Assembly (NCBI RefSeq): GCF_900605495.1
Contig: NZ_LR027602.1
Span: 514,456-578,455 of the forward strand
Reading direction: 5' to 3'
DNA length: 64,000 nucleotides
DNA from: Bacilliculturomica massiliensis
GTDB lineage: Bacteria > Bacillota > Clostridia > Peptostreptococcales > Anaerovoracaceae
The notes beneath the pieces were generated by a model. The model saw only the letters and a list, made by a program, of their open reading frames with translations. It did no database searches and was not told where the DNA came from. The number at the start of each line of letters is the position of its first letter. The stretch's first letter is position 1. Positions 18,752 to 28,640 of the stretch are shown here, piece by piece. A program made the translations under genes and the position numbers.

Positions 18752-20041
18752 ATGAAAAATATGGATGACATCAGATTGCCCAGAGGCATCAAGAAGATTC
18801 TCAGGCTGCTTTCGGAGAATAAGCGAACGGCCGCGGCGGCGGGAGCCGGTCTGCGGGAGCTGGCGGCTGAGACGGAATTGACGCAGTGGAGCGTGATCAC
18901 GGATGCGGACGCAGCGCTGCTCGCCAGACTGTTTCCGGAAGGAAAGCAGGTGGGCGGCAGCGGCTCTTCCGGCGAAAGCGAAGCTGGAATGTTCCGGCTG
19001 GAAGGTTTTGGACCGGAAGCGGGGGATAAGGATGCGCCTGTGGTTTTTTATTTTCTGTCAGGAACGATGGAAGAACATTTGAATTCCAGATTGGTGACCG
19101 CAGACGCCTTCGCCTTTGACGGCCAGCAGATGACCGATCCCTGGGGCGGGCTGGAAGATGCACGGGCGGAGCGGATCCGCACAGTGCGGGACAGCGGGGA
19201 GCTCTTGAAGGAGGACCCTTCCGCTGCCTTTGAACTGATCGAGTATGCCGCGCGCACGGGATTCAGCCTGGAGGGGGAGCTGAAGGCCCGGATCACGTCC
19301 GTGGCGTCACAGCTGAAGGAGACTGACAAAACGTGGCTGGCCCGCTGGTTCGGACGGATACTGACAGCGCCCCACGCCGGACAGGGAGTGCTCTATATCA
19401 GAGACTGCAAACTGTTCCCTCTGATCGTGGGGGAGCGGATCTACCGCACCATGAGCAAAAACGAGAAAAAAGGTCTGGATATGTACATCAGGCGTATCGA
19501 CGATACGCTGCCTATCTTGGAACGTCGGCTCACCGTATTTTACTTGGGGTTTTTGAGAAAGCGGGATTTTGCCGCTATGGCTCATTTGAATTATGACAGC
19601 GCTCTCAGGGAAAAAGAAATTTATGCGCACAAACATCTGCCCGATCTTCACTTTATTCGCAAAAGTAAACAGCTGAAGCGCCTGATCTACGACGAGGGTT
19701 TTGACAACTATCAATTTCTTGAGAATATAGCGAAAATTCAGTGCAAACTTTATGACATTGATACCAAAGGGGTTTTCGTCCGCGACACCATGCTCCATGA
19801 GATCAGCAAGAACAATGAAGCGGTCTTTATCGAGGATCTGGCGATCAAGAAAAAAGATCTGATGGAATCCGGTATTGTGAAGGATGAAAAACGGGCGGAT
19901 CTTATTCTGTCCCTGCTGCCTTATTATGTGCACAAATGGCCTAAGTTCAATACGAAAGAGATTTTGCTGGATCAGGCCAAGAAAATTCAGCGAAACAAAT
20001 GGAAGGAGTTTAAGCTGAAACACGCATATTTCAGGGGGTGA
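18752..20041 (+). CDS. Hypothetical protein (429 aa) with a low-complexity Gly/Ser N-terminal region
   Basis: ORF preceded by an AT-rich promoter-like region. No confident family assignment. The C-terminal half is Lys-rich and helical. Confidence 0.5.
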   Translation: MKNMDDIRLPRGIKKILRLLSENKRTAAAAGAGLRELAAETELTQWSVITDADAALLARLFPEGKQVGGSGSSGESEAGMFRLEGFGPEAGDKDAPVVFYFLSGTMEEHLNSRLVTADAFAFDGQQMTDPWGGLEDARAERIRTVRDSGELLKEDPSAAFELIEYAARTGFSLEGELKARITSVASQLKETDKTWLARWFGRILTAPHAGQGVLYIRDCKLFPLIVGERIYRTMSKNEKKGLDMYIRRIDDTLPILERRLTVFYLGFLRKRDFAAMAHLNYDSALREKEIYAHKHLPDLHFIRKSKQLKRLIYDEGFDNYQFLENIAKIQCKLYDIDTKGVFVRDTMLHEISKNNEAVFIEDLAIKKKDLMESGIVKDEKRADLILSLLPYYVHKWPKFNTKEILLDQAKKIQRNKWKEFKLKHAYFRG

Positions 20042-20064
20042 TGCGTGCGGATGTAAAGTGAAAA

Positions 20065-20844
20065 ATGGGAAATGAAACGGGAACAAACACAACGAATAAT
20101 TTATTCACACTGACGCTGCTGAAAGCTGTGGAGATCCTGAACTGTTTTGACGACGACTGTCAGGAAGTGGGGATCAAGGAGATCGCCGAGCTGATCCACA
20201 TGCCGCAGAGTTCTGTTTACCGCATTATGCAGAGCCTGGAATTTACAGGATTTATTTTTCAGAACAAGAAAAACAAGAAATACCGCATGGGCCCGAAGGT
20301 CATCCGGATGGCGCGGTCTGTGAATTGCATGGACAAGTATATGAAGGTCGTAATGGATAATATGAAGCAGCTCAATGAAGAATGCGGCGAGACCATCAAT
20401 CTGGGCATCGCCGACTGCGACAGAGTCACGTATATCTACAGAGTGGAGAGCAAGCACCTTCTGAGGCCCAATTATGAGCTGAACGCCAGATATCCCGCTT
20501 ACAGTACAGGTATGGGAAAAGTTTTTCTGGCGGACATGTCAAAGTCCGTGCTCCGCTGGGTATACGACAACAACACGGCAGAAATTGGCGGTACCTTCGA
20601 AGACTTCTGGCAGAGGATGGAGCAGATCAGAAAGCTGGGGTTCGCGGTGGACGACGAGGAATTCTGTGCGGGCCTGCGCTGTGTGGCTTCCCCGGTGAGA
20701 GGGCCGGGCGGAAATGTGATCTTTTCCGTCAGCGTCTCCGCTCCAACGATGCGTATGCCGGACGACGTCTTCGATAAGACGAGAGCAATGGTCATGGCGT
20801 GCACGCAAAAGTCCACGGAAGAGATCCTTCAGATGGGACTGTAA
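20065..20844 (+). CDS. IclR-family transcriptional regulator
   Basis: N-terminal wHTH (LKAVEILNCFDD...IKEIAELIHMPQSSVYRIMQSLE) plus a C-terminal IclR effector domain. 259 aa. Confidence 0.8.
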   Translation: MGNETGTNTTNNLFTLTLLKAVEILNCFDDDCQEVGIKEIAELIHMPQSSVYRIMQSLEFTGFIFQNKKNKKYRMGPKVIRMARSVNCMDKYMKVVMDNMKQLNEECGETINLGIADCDRVTYIYRVESKHLLRPNYELNARYPAYSTGMGKVFLADMSKSVLRWVYDNNTAEIGGTFEDFWQRMEQIRKLGFAVDDEEFCAGLRCVASPVRGPGGNVIFSVSVSAPTMRMPDDVFDKTRAMVMACTQKSTEEILQMGL

Positions 20845-20973
20845 CATACATACTGCACATTTTTTGCATTCATTGAAGCGGTCTCCGTTCTAACGGGGGC
20901 CGCTTTTTTCATATAATAAAGCGAAGGCAGCGCCTGGATATGCAGGGGATGTTTCCTCCCCGGAAAGGACGGA

Positions 20974-21819
20974 ATGCAATTGAAAATAAAGTGGGGAGCC
21001 GCCACGGTCCTGACCGCGCTGATCATAGTTCTGCTGATCTCTGCGGCGCCGGCAGAGCTGTCGTCGCGGGCGTCTCTGATCTCGCCGTCGGATACCATCG
21101 TCATCGATCCGGGGCACGGGGGGATGGACGGGGGAGCCGTAGGCGCGGCGGGGATCAGCGAAAAAGACATCAACCTGGCTATCGCTCTGGCGATCCGCGA
21201 CCTGGCCGAACAGGACGGCTGGAAGGTGGTCATGACCAGAGAAGAGGATAAAGGCCTGTATACAGGCGTGAAAAACGACGGTACGGACCAGATGGAGATA
21301 GAAGGGAAACGAAGTATACGCAGTTTGAAAACAGAGGATCTGAAAGAGCGGAAAGCCATCGTGGAGAAGACGGAACCGGTCATGGCGGTAAGCATCCACC
21401 TCAACAGCTTCAAACAGGATCCGGGGGTACACGGGGCGCAGACCTTCTACCCCTCTGCGGCGCAGGATGATACTGTGGTGGACAGGAGCAAGGAGCTGGC
21501 GGAACATATTCAGGAAAAACTGGTGGCTGGTCTGGACGACGGAACGGACCGGATCGCCCTGGGCAAAAAAGATGTGATGCTGTTTAAGAATCCCACGGTT
21601 CCCATGGTCATCGTGGAGTGCGGTTTTCTCTCCAATCGGGCGGAGGAACAACGCCTGTGCGATGAGGAATATCAGAAAAAAATTGCGGCGCTCATTTATG
21701 ACGGAATGATGGAATTTTCAGGGAAAGAACGCCGAAAAGCGCTTGATATCATTGATAACAGAACCGCGAACGCAGTTTTGCGGCGGGGTTACGATTTATC
21801 CTGTGGAAGCTGTGGATAA
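20974..21819 (+). CDS. N-acetylmuramoyl-L-alanine amidase (Amidase_3, CwlD-like)
   Basis: Signal/TM segment followed by the IVIDPGHGGMDGGAVG motif. Confidence 0.75.
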   Translation: MQLKIKWGAATVLTALIIVLLISAAPAELSSRASLISPSDTIVIDPGHGGMDGGAVGAAGISEKDINLAIALAIRDLAEQDGWKVVMTREEDKGLYTGVKNDGTDQMEIEGKRSIRSLKTEDLKERKAIVEKTEPVMAVSIHLNSFKQDPGVHGAQTFYPSAAQDDTVVDRSKELAEHIQEKLVAGLDDGTDRIALGKKDVMLFKNPTVPMVIVECGFLSNRAEEQRLCDEEYQKKIAALIYDGMMEFSGKERRKALDIIDNRTANAVLRRGYDLSCGSCG

Positions 21820-21942
21820 CTTTGGGGTTGATTTTTTGATTGACCCATGTATACGTTCAAATTTAAACGATCTGTGCTTTACACATTATCCACAGGGGCC
21901 TTGGGATAAAATTGTATACAATTTTATCCCGCATGTGGAAAA
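21801..21942. promoter_or_regulatory. Cluster of DnaA-box motifs in the convergent intergenic region
   Basis: TGTGGATAA at 21811..21819 (perfect TTATCCACA on the minus strand). TTATCCACA at 21886..21894 (perfect, plus strand). TGTGGAAAA at 21934..21942 (8/9). Weaker sites at 21801..21809 and 21924..21932. Confidence 0.5.
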
Positions 21943-22026
21943 TCGACAATAATCCCGAAATTTCCGCATTTATCTCTTGTTGAAAAACGTTCTTTCACGG
22001 GCAAACATAGGTTTACATAATGTTTG

Positions 22027-23583
22027 CTAAGGCGTTACGAGCTGCCGTAATTTTTTTCGTATTTCAGCCTCTATGGACAAAGGCGACAGGCAGATGAGAT
22101 AGTCCCCGGGAAGGATCACGGTCCGCCCTTTGGGAATAAATTCCCGGCCCCCGCGCTTTACCGCGATCAGCAGGCACTGAGAAGGCCACGCCACCTCGGA
22201 GACCTTTTTGCCCGCCGCCGGGGAACCCAGCTGTACGATGATCTCAAAGGTGATCTTCTTGTCCGTATCTTCCTCGATGTGCAGGCGGCGGTTTCCCTTG
22301 ACCTGTCTTGCCAGCAGAGAGTCGTAGATGGGCTGGCTGGATACCAGATCCGCCGTCAGATAGGCGATCAGCGATACTACGGTGAGAGACAGCATGTGGG
22401 AAAAAGAACCTGTCATCTCCACGATGAGCACGATGCCGGTGATCGGCGCCCGCACGATAGCGGCGAAGAAACCGGCCATGGAAATAATGACGAAATTGTA
22501 AAAGAGAACGGGGTCGATCCCTGCATAGGTCACCGCAAGCTGGCCGAACCAGGCGCCGACGGCCGCGCCCATGACCAGCAGGGGGAAGAAGATCCCGCCC
22601 GGGGCTCCGGATCCGAAGCTGACCATGGAAAACAGGAATTTTACCGCCAGAGCGGCGAGAAGCAGTCCTGCGGCGGTGTCTAAAGTGAAGAGCGAGAGCA
22701 TGGCGTGGCCGCCGCCCAGGACCATGGGAAAGCACAGCCCCAGGACGCCGGCGCACGCGAAGGGGACGATGGGCCGGGCCCAGTCGGGCAGGAAAGAGAC
22801 GCGTTTATAAGCGCTCTGGGTGCCCAGAAGCACTCTGTTGTACAGCGCTCCGGAAAGCCCCAGCAGGATCCCCAGGGGCAGCAGACACCAGTAGGCAGTC
22901 AGCGGAAGAGCCCCTTCCACGGGAAATTGGAAGATGGGAGCCATGCCGAAGACGTACTTCGACACGAAATCAGCGGCCACGGAAGCGGTCATGGCCGAGA
23001 GCAGGATGGCGGGAGAAAAGTACTTGAATACTTCCTCCAGCGTGAAGACGACGCCTGCCAGCGGCGCGTTGAAAGCGGCTGCCAGCCCGGCGCTGGCTCC
23101 GCTGGCCATGAGCAGCTTTCGTTCCATGCGGGTGGCCCCGTAGCGCTGGGCAAAGCCGTCGGCCACGCATGCGCCCAGCTGAATGGACGGGCCCTCGCGG
23201 CCCAGCGACAGGCCTGCCACGATGCAGAGCGCGCCGCCGAAGAACTTGGCCAGGAGAGTGGCCAGCCAGCTGTTCTGAAAGTATCCCAGAAGAATACCTT
23301 TGACCTGGGGAATGCCGCTTCCGCTGATGAGGGGACAGCGGCGGACCAGCAGGCCGATAAAGGCCCCGGCTGCGGCCAGGCCCGCGAACAGGCAGAAAAC
23401 CGCCGGCGCCGCGCCCCCGCGGATGGTCCCGTACATGGCAAAGGACAGGCTCTCGGCTTCGCCCAGAAGCCATCGGTAAGCCACCACCACCACGCCTACG
23501 AGAACGCCTACAAAGAGGCTTTTTCCCACTGTGAAAAAGAGTTTTCTGTCTGTATTGATGATCCCTTTATAATTATTTTTCAT
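22027..23583 (-). CDS. ClC-family H+/Cl- exchange transporter with a C-terminal TrkA-C-like domain
   Basis: Carries GSGIP, GREGP and GIFFP selectivity-filter-type motifs. 518 aa. Confidence 0.85.
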   Translation of the reverse strand: MKNNYKGIINTDRKLFFTVGKSLFVGVLVGVVVVAYRWLLGEAESLSFAMYGTIRGGAAPAVFCLFAGLAAAGAFIGLLVRRCPLISGSGIPQVKGILLGYFQNSWLATLLAKFFGGALCIVAGLSLGREGPSIQLGACVADGFAQRYGATRMERKLLMASGASAGLAAAFNAPLAGVVFTLEEVFKYFSPAILLSAMTASVAADFVSKYVFGMAPIFQFPVEGALPLTAYWCLLPLGILLGLSGALYNRVLLGTQSAYKRVSFLPDWARPIVPFACAGVLGLCFPMVLGGGHAMLSLFTLDTAAGLLLAALAVKFLFSMVSFGSGAPGGIFFPLLVMGAAVGAWFGQLAVTYAGIDPVLFYNFVIISMAGFFAAIVRAPITGIVLIVEMTGSFSHMLSLTVVSLIAYLTADLVSSQPIYDSLLARQVKGNRRLHIEEDTDKKITFEIIVQLGSPAAGKKVSEVAWPSQCLLIAVKRGGREFIPKGRTVILPGDYLICLSPLSIEAEIRKKLRQLVTP

Positions 23584-23612
23584 TGCCTTACGCCTTCGAT
23601 CTCCTATTTCTG

Positions 23613-23621
23613 TGTGGATAA
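23613..23621 (-). promoter_or_regulatory. Perfect DnaA box (TTATCCACA) between the ClC and MurJ genes, followed by a second partial box
   Basis: tgtgtggataactgctttggataactg contains TGTGGATAA and GGATAAC. Confidence 0.45.
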
Positions 23622-23641
23622 CTGCTTTGGATAACTGCAGA

Positions 23642-25270
23642 TTACGGGCGTCTGCGCGCCCTTTTTTTCAGCGGGTCGAATAAGCCCCTGATGAGATTGA
23701 TCTCCTCTATTTTGCTGTGGCAGAGAAGAAGCCAGTAGATCAGCACCGCCGCCAGTACGCAGAGAGCCAGCAGGACCATGCGCGGCATCCAGATGTGAGC
23801 GTCCAGAAAGCGGTAGAGCATCCAGGAAGCGCCCACGGCGATGATCGAGAACAGCGTGATCGCCCACGCTTTTTCCACCGTACCGCGAAGGCGGACTTCA
23901 CGGTGGTTCTTTCGGAGAAAACACCACAGCAGCAGCGAGTTGACAGCCGCGGCGTAGCTGGAAGCCAGGGCGAGACCGCCGTGCTCCATGGGCCCCACCA
24001 GCAGAAGGTCCAGGCCGATGTTGACCACGGCGCCTGCGGCGGCGCAGAGCACCGGAGTGCGGACGTCGCCCAGGGCATAATAGATCTTCACCAGCAGCGC
24101 GTTGGCCGCCACAAAGGTCAGCCCTGCAGAATACCAGAACAGAGCGGGCGAGGTCATGGCAACGGAAGCGCCGTCAAAGCTGCCGCGCTCAAAGACTACC
24201 TGGATGACCTGATCGCTGTACAGCATGGCTCCCAGCGTGAACGGCACGGAGATGAGCATGGTCACGTTCATCCCCTGGGCCGCGATGGCGCTGAAATGAT
24301 CGTGATCGCGGGTCAGCCGGGCCTGCGTCATCCGGGGATATACGATGGTGACCAGGATCATCACGGTCAATGTGGACAGCATGGTCATAAACACATTGCC
24401 GTAATCCAGAGCGCTTACGGCTTCCGGCGAAAGGCCGGCGGCCAGCAGCTTATCCACCAGAGCGTTGATCTGATTGATACTGCCGCCCACGAAGACCGGA
24501 AAGGACAGGGCGATGATCTCCCGTGCGGCCTGCCCCGTCGTACTGTGGACGGCGTCTTTCTGCAGTTCCTGATCCCGACGCCCATTTCCCTGCCGGTCAT
24601 GATTCCGCCGTCCATGGCCGCAAAGGTAGCGAAAGCCCCGGCGCCAGGCCAGGATCAGAATGCCCCCGGCACGGAAGGCACACCCGAGAAGTACGCCGAA
24701 TACCAGCAGGTAGTGAGACGTATGGGCGCTGATCACCGTCAGCGCGATGATACACAGCGTCTGCCCGTACCCGATGAGTATCTGGGGGAGAAATACGTTC
24801 TTATACTGCAGGAGCGCTTCCAGCAGCGTGGCCGTCGAATTAAAAAACAGAAAAGAAAAGGAGACCTTCAGATAAAATCCGGTCAGAGCCACCGTCTCCT
24901 CCGAGAATTTGTAGCCGATCAGGCGGGCCAGAAAATCTGATCCGAAGATCCCTACCAGAGAGGACACGGCGGACACCAGAAACAGCAGGTTTAAAGCCTG
25001 GCTGGTAAACCGGTTGGCCGCAGGTTCTCCTTCCAATTCGTATTTTCTTGAATAGATGGGCATATAGGCTGTGGCCACCGCTGAAAACAGCGCGCCGAAC
25101 AGCATGACCGGTATGTCCTGCGAAAGCGTGAAGGCCGCCTTCACATATCCCGTACCGTAGTAATTGGCCATCAGCATGGTGCGTATGAGCCCCACCAGCT
25201 TTGATCCCAATGTCAAGATCCCCATGATGACGGCCAGCTGCGCCGCCGTCAACTTTTTTTCTGTTATCAT
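23642..25270 (-). CDS. murJ: Lipid II flippase MurJ (MviN family)
   Basis: Start at MITEKKLTAAQLAVIMGILTLGSKLVGLIR after GAGGAAACAGGGG. Polytopic MOP-superfamily membrane protein. Confidence 0.8.
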   Translation of the reverse strand: MITEKKLTAAQLAVIMGILTLGSKLVGLIRTMLMANYYGTGYVKAAFTLSQDIPVMLFGALFSAVATAYMPIYSRKYELEGEPAANRFTSQALNLLFLVSAVSSLVGIFGSDFLARLIGYKFSEETVALTGFYLKVSFSFLFFNSTATLLEALLQYKNVFLPQILIGYGQTLCIIALTVISAHTSHYLLVFGVLLGCAFRAGGILILAWRRGFRYLCGHGRRNHDRQGNGRRDQELQKDAVHSTTGQAAREIIALSFPVFVGGSINQINALVDKLLAAGLSPEAVSALDYGNVFMTMLSTLTVMILVTIVYPRMTQARLTRDHDHFSAIAAQGMNVTMLISVPFTLGAMLYSDQVIQVVFERGSFDGASVAMTSPALFWYSAGLTFVAANALLVKIYYALGDVRTPVLCAAAGAVVNIGLDLLLVGPMEHGGLALASSYAAAVNSLLLWCFLRKNHREVRLRGTVEKAWAITLFSIIAVGASWMLYRFLDAHIWMPRMVLLALCVLAAVLIYWLLLCHSKIEEINLIRGLFDPLKKRARRRP

Positions 25271-25527
25271 TCTATTCCCCTGTTTCCTCTTTGCGACCCC
25301 TGAAATGCAAAACAGCAGTCCGCAGCCCACGCCGCTGTCTCCGCTGCTGTTCCTACCACTGAGTTTAGCATTCCCGGGAGCCGCCGTCAAATTCTTATGC
25401 GGGATAGCCGCGGCGGGCGGTTTACATTTTCCGCAGATCCGCTATAATAAAAGAGGTGCTTACGGCGGAAGGACAAAAGATCTGTTCTGCCTGCGGCAGG
25501 CGAAAAGAGTGAGGGGTTAACAGAGGG

Positions 25528-26325
25528 ATGAAAAATGTACTGAAGGGGATCATAATCGGGGCGGCAATGCTGGTGCCCGGCGTGAGCGGCGGCACCATGG
25601 CCATCATTTTAAATGTATACGATCGGCTGCTGCGGGGCGTCAGCAATTTCACGAAGGACGTAAAGCGCTACGGCGTACTGCTGCTGCAGTTCGCTTTCGG
25701 CGGGCTGGTGGGCATCGTGGCGCTGTCGGGACTGCTGCTGGATCTGGTGACGGCCTACGAGCGGACGATGATGTATCTTTTTCTGGGAGCCATCGCGGGC
25801 AGCGTTTTCCCACTCTACAGAAAAGCCACCATAGACCGGGTAAAGCCCGTGAATATAGTGGCTGCGGCGATTGGATTCATCTGCTGCGCTCTGATCATGT
25901 TCATACCGAAGGAACTGTTCAGCTTCGGCGCGGAACTGACGGCGTCCAGCTTTTTCATGCTGATCCTGGCCGGCGTTATCGTCGCCGTGGCCATCGTGCT
26001 TCCGGGGATCAGCGCTTCCTACGTGCTGCTGATGCTGGGAATGTACGATGTGACGCTTCACGCCATCCGATATATGGAGCTGTTTTATCTGGCTCCGCTG
26101 GGCATCGGCGCTCTTGTGGGCACCTTTGTGACGGCGGGCATTCTGGAGCGGGCCATGCGCCGGCACCCCCAGTTTACGTACATGCTGATCATCGGTTTTG
26201 TGCTGGGTTCGCTCATCGACGTGTTTCCGGGTCTCCCGGGGACCGGAGACGCGGTATCCTGCCTGCTGGCCGCAGCAGCGGGATTTGGGACGGTATACTG
26301 GCTGGGAATGAAGGCCAGGGATTAG
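25528..26325 (+). CDS. DUF368-family membrane protein (family recently linked to undecaprenyl-phosphate translocation)
   Basis: Two PG(V/I)S(G/A) motifs (PGVSGGTMAIIL and PGISASYVLLMLG). 265 aa polytopic. Confidence 0.7.
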   Translation: MKNVLKGIIIGAAMLVPGVSGGTMAIILNVYDRLLRGVSNFTKDVKRYGVLLLQFAFGGLVGIVALSGLLLDLVTAYERTMMYLFLGAIAGSVFPLYRKATIDRVKPVNIVAAAIGFICCALIMFIPKELFSFGAELTASSFFMLILAGVIVAVAIVLPGISASYVLLMLGMYDVTLHAIRYMELFYLAPLGIGALVGTFVTAGILERAMRRHPQFTYMLIIGFVLGSLIDVFPGLPGTGDAVSCLLAAAAGFGTVYWLGMKARD

Positions 26326-26330
26326 GAGAC

Positions 26331-27539
26331 TCAGTCCACACGCAGCGAGTCCAGAAAATCGTCAAAGTCTTCAAAATCACTGTGGATAAACTCGTAGAGC
26401 ACAGGCTCCTTGAACTCGTATTTTGCCGTGGGCAGGATCAGAGCGTTCAGGGGGCTTTTTTGCAGCCCGATCTCCACCTCGCGGATGGCGTTAAGGGAAT
26501 AGGCCGCCACGATGAGCTGTCCGAAATCAGACACGTAGTAAAGACCGTGGATATCGTCGTTGAGACGGAATATCCTCTGGTTGACGTGGCTGTTGTTGCG
26601 GTTGAATTCCATGTAAAGACGGCCGTTTTCGTGTGAAGTCATCATGAAACCGGCGCTGTGGATGGTAAAGTCCAGATCGAAGTCGTCGGGATCGGCCAGG
26701 ATCTCGAAGACCGTAACGAATTCCGGACGTGCCAGCATCATGCTGACTTCCGCCACCGTGACGGGAAAGGCGGATTTTCTGCGGGCGCTGAGGACCAGTC
26801 CGTCCTCCGTGGTGATCTCCGACATGATGAGTTTGTACTGGGAAGAGGTCTCCACCAGCGATTCGCTGAGGTAAGAGATCTCTCCGTCCGCATTGATGAA
26901 TTCTTCAATGGTGTTTTTGCAGAGGGTACAGGGCCGGAACTCGCTGAGCTCGCCGATGTCCTCCGTTCTGGCGTTGGGCGATGTGAGAATGGACATGCCT
27001 TTGCGGTCCTTGCCAAAAGCCCGCATGAGATAATAGTGGACCAGCTGATAGTCGCTCTCGATGGGAGTACAGCACTTCCGGACCAGCAGGGTCCTCTCTT
27101 TTCTCGTGAGCGAGATCGGTTCGTCCAACAGAAAGCCGTACTCCTCACGGCCTTCCGGCAGCGGCTTGCGGAGCCGCTTCGTGTCTTCCGCGAAGCTCTG
27201 GACGAGATAGCAGGCTTCCTTTTCCGTCAGCTCCACCTTTTTGCCGCCCAGACCGCCGATGACGGATTTTTCAAGAATGGCAAGTCCGGCGCTGTCGCCG
27301 CCGGTCAGACTCTGATAATTCTCCAATCCAAACTCCTCCGCATCAAAGTAAAAAAACTGATGCAGATCGGTACAGTAGATCGTATTCGCCATTTTCCAGT
27401 GTATATAAAGACCGACCACCCCCATGAGGCGTGTGTCGGTGACAAATGCGGACACGAATTCCCGGCTGTCTCCAGGAGAGGGATTGGGATGACCTCCCTT
27501 TATCAGCTTCAGGTTTGCGCGTTCTGTCCTTTGATCCAA
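26331..27539 (-). CDS. Hypothetical protein (402 aa), probable TTG start after GGAGGAA
   Basis: Long ORF on the minus strand with a strong SD 8 nt upstream of the TTG. No recognisable domain. Acidic C-terminus (DFEDFDDFLDSLRVD). Confidence 0.55.
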   Translation of the reverse strand: MDQRTERANLKLIKGGHPNPSPGDSREFVSAFVTDTRLMGVVGLYIHWKMANTIYCTDLHQFFYFDAEEFGLENYQSLTGGDSAGLAILEKSVIGGLGGKKVELTEKEACYLVQSFAEDTKRLRKPLPEGREEYGFLLDEPISLTRKERTLLVRKCCTPIESDYQLVHYYLMRAFGKDRKGMSILTSPNARTEDIGELSEFRPCTLCKNTIEEFINADGEISYLSESLVETSSQYKLIMSEITTEDGLVLSARRKSAFPVTVAEVSMMLARPEFVTVFEILADPDDFDLDFTIHSAGFMMTSHENGRLYMEFNRNNSHVNQRIFRLNDDIHGLYYVSDFGQLIVAAYSLNAIREVEIGLQKSPLNALILPTAKYEFKEPVLYEFIHSDFEDFDDFLDSLRVD

Positions 27540-27755
27540 TGAATCGTTTCCTCCTTATACTGCCGGGAGACGGGAAGGCCCGCCGGACGCCGGCTGTTTT
27601 GCCGGATCGGATTATTACCGGAGCCAGCTATTCATAATAAAGTATACCCTATTTCAGGGGAAATGTGTTAAACTATATTTGCAAATTGAGGAATTGTAGA
27701 AAAAGGGCCGGAAGACCGCTTCACAGGCGGCGGAACGGCCTCAGGGGAGAAGAGA

Positions 27756-28640
27756 ATGAATGTAAAAAAAGTGCGGAAAGCGATCATTCCCGCGGCGGGG
27801 CTGGGAACCAGATTCCTGCCGGCGACGAAGGCGCTTCCCAAAGAAATGATCCCGATCGTGGACAAGCCCGCGATCCAGTATATCGTGGAGGAGGCGCTGG
27901 CCGCCGGCATTGAGGAGATCCTCATCGTCATCGGCAGAGACAAGGCGGCCATAGAAGACCACTTTGACAAATCCTATGAGCTGGAAAAAGATCTGGAGGA
28001 AAGAGGAAAGACCGGACTCCTGCAGGCGGTGAGCAAGATATCGGACATGGCGGACATCCATTATATCCGTCAGAAGTCGCCGCTGGGTCTGGGGCATGCG
28101 GTGAACAAGGGCCGCGTCTTCGCGGAGGGCGAGCCGGTGGCCGTGCTGCTCCCCGACGAGATCATGGATTGCCGGACCCCCTGCATCCGCCAGATGATCG
28201 ACGTGTACGAAGAGTACGCCTGCACCGTTTTGGGCGTTCTGCGCGTCCCCGAATCCGAGGTGGAAAACTACGGGATCGTGAAAGGCGAGGAACTGGAAAA
28301 GGGACTTTACCGCGTCATCGATATGGTGGAAAAGCCAAAGAGGGAAGAAGCTCCCTCCGATCTGGCCATCATTGGAAGATATGTCATCACTCCGGAGATC
28401 TTTGAGGCGCTGTCGGAGATCCGTCCGGGAGCGGGAGGCGAGCTGCAGCTGACGGACGCGCTCCGTCTGCTCCATGCAAAACAGGGCATGCTGGCCCGGA
28501 CGGTGGAGGGCAGCCGTTACGATTCCGGAAGCAAGGCGGGATTTTTGCAGGCTACTGTGGAGCTGGCCCTGAAACGCGAGGACGTAGGTCCGGAATTTCG
28601 GGCGTATCTGCGCAGGATGGCGGAGGAAGGCCGTATCTGA
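27756..28640 (+). CDS. galU: UTP--glucose-1-phosphate uridylyltransferase
   Basis: IPAAGLGTRFLPATKALPKEMIP is a canonical GalU N-terminal motif. 294 aa. Confidence 0.9.
   Translation: MNVKKVRKAIIPAAGLGTRFLPATKALPKEMIPIVDKPAIQYIVEEALAAGIEEILIVIGRDKAAIEDHFDKSYELEKDLEERGKTGLLQAVSKISDMADIHYIRQKSPLGLGHAVNKGRVFAEGEPVAVLLPDEIMDCRTPCIRQMIDVYEEYACTVLGVLRVPESEVENYGIVKGEELEKGLYRVIDMVEKPKREEAPSDLAIIGRYVITPEIFEALSEIRPGAGGELQLTDALRLLHAKQGMLARTVEGSRYDSGSKAGFLQATVELALKREDVGPEFRAYLRRMAEEGRI

Noticed and set aside
21801-21960. Replication origin (oriC) call based on DnaA boxes
   Set aside because: No dnaA, dnaN or rpmH is present, no AT-rich DNA-unwinding element could be identified, and the flanking genes converge rather than diverge. 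It is retained only as a DnaA-box cluster finding.
21999-22028. Palindrome GCAAACAT-AGGTTTACATA-ATGTTTGC overlapping the ClC stop, considered as a dif (XerCD) site or BirA site
   Set aside because: Only one arm (TTATGTAAACC) resembles the XerD half of Firmicutes dif. The second arm does not match. Gene orientation over the whole window is not convincingly terminus-like, so this is more likely a weak convergent-gene terminator hairpin.
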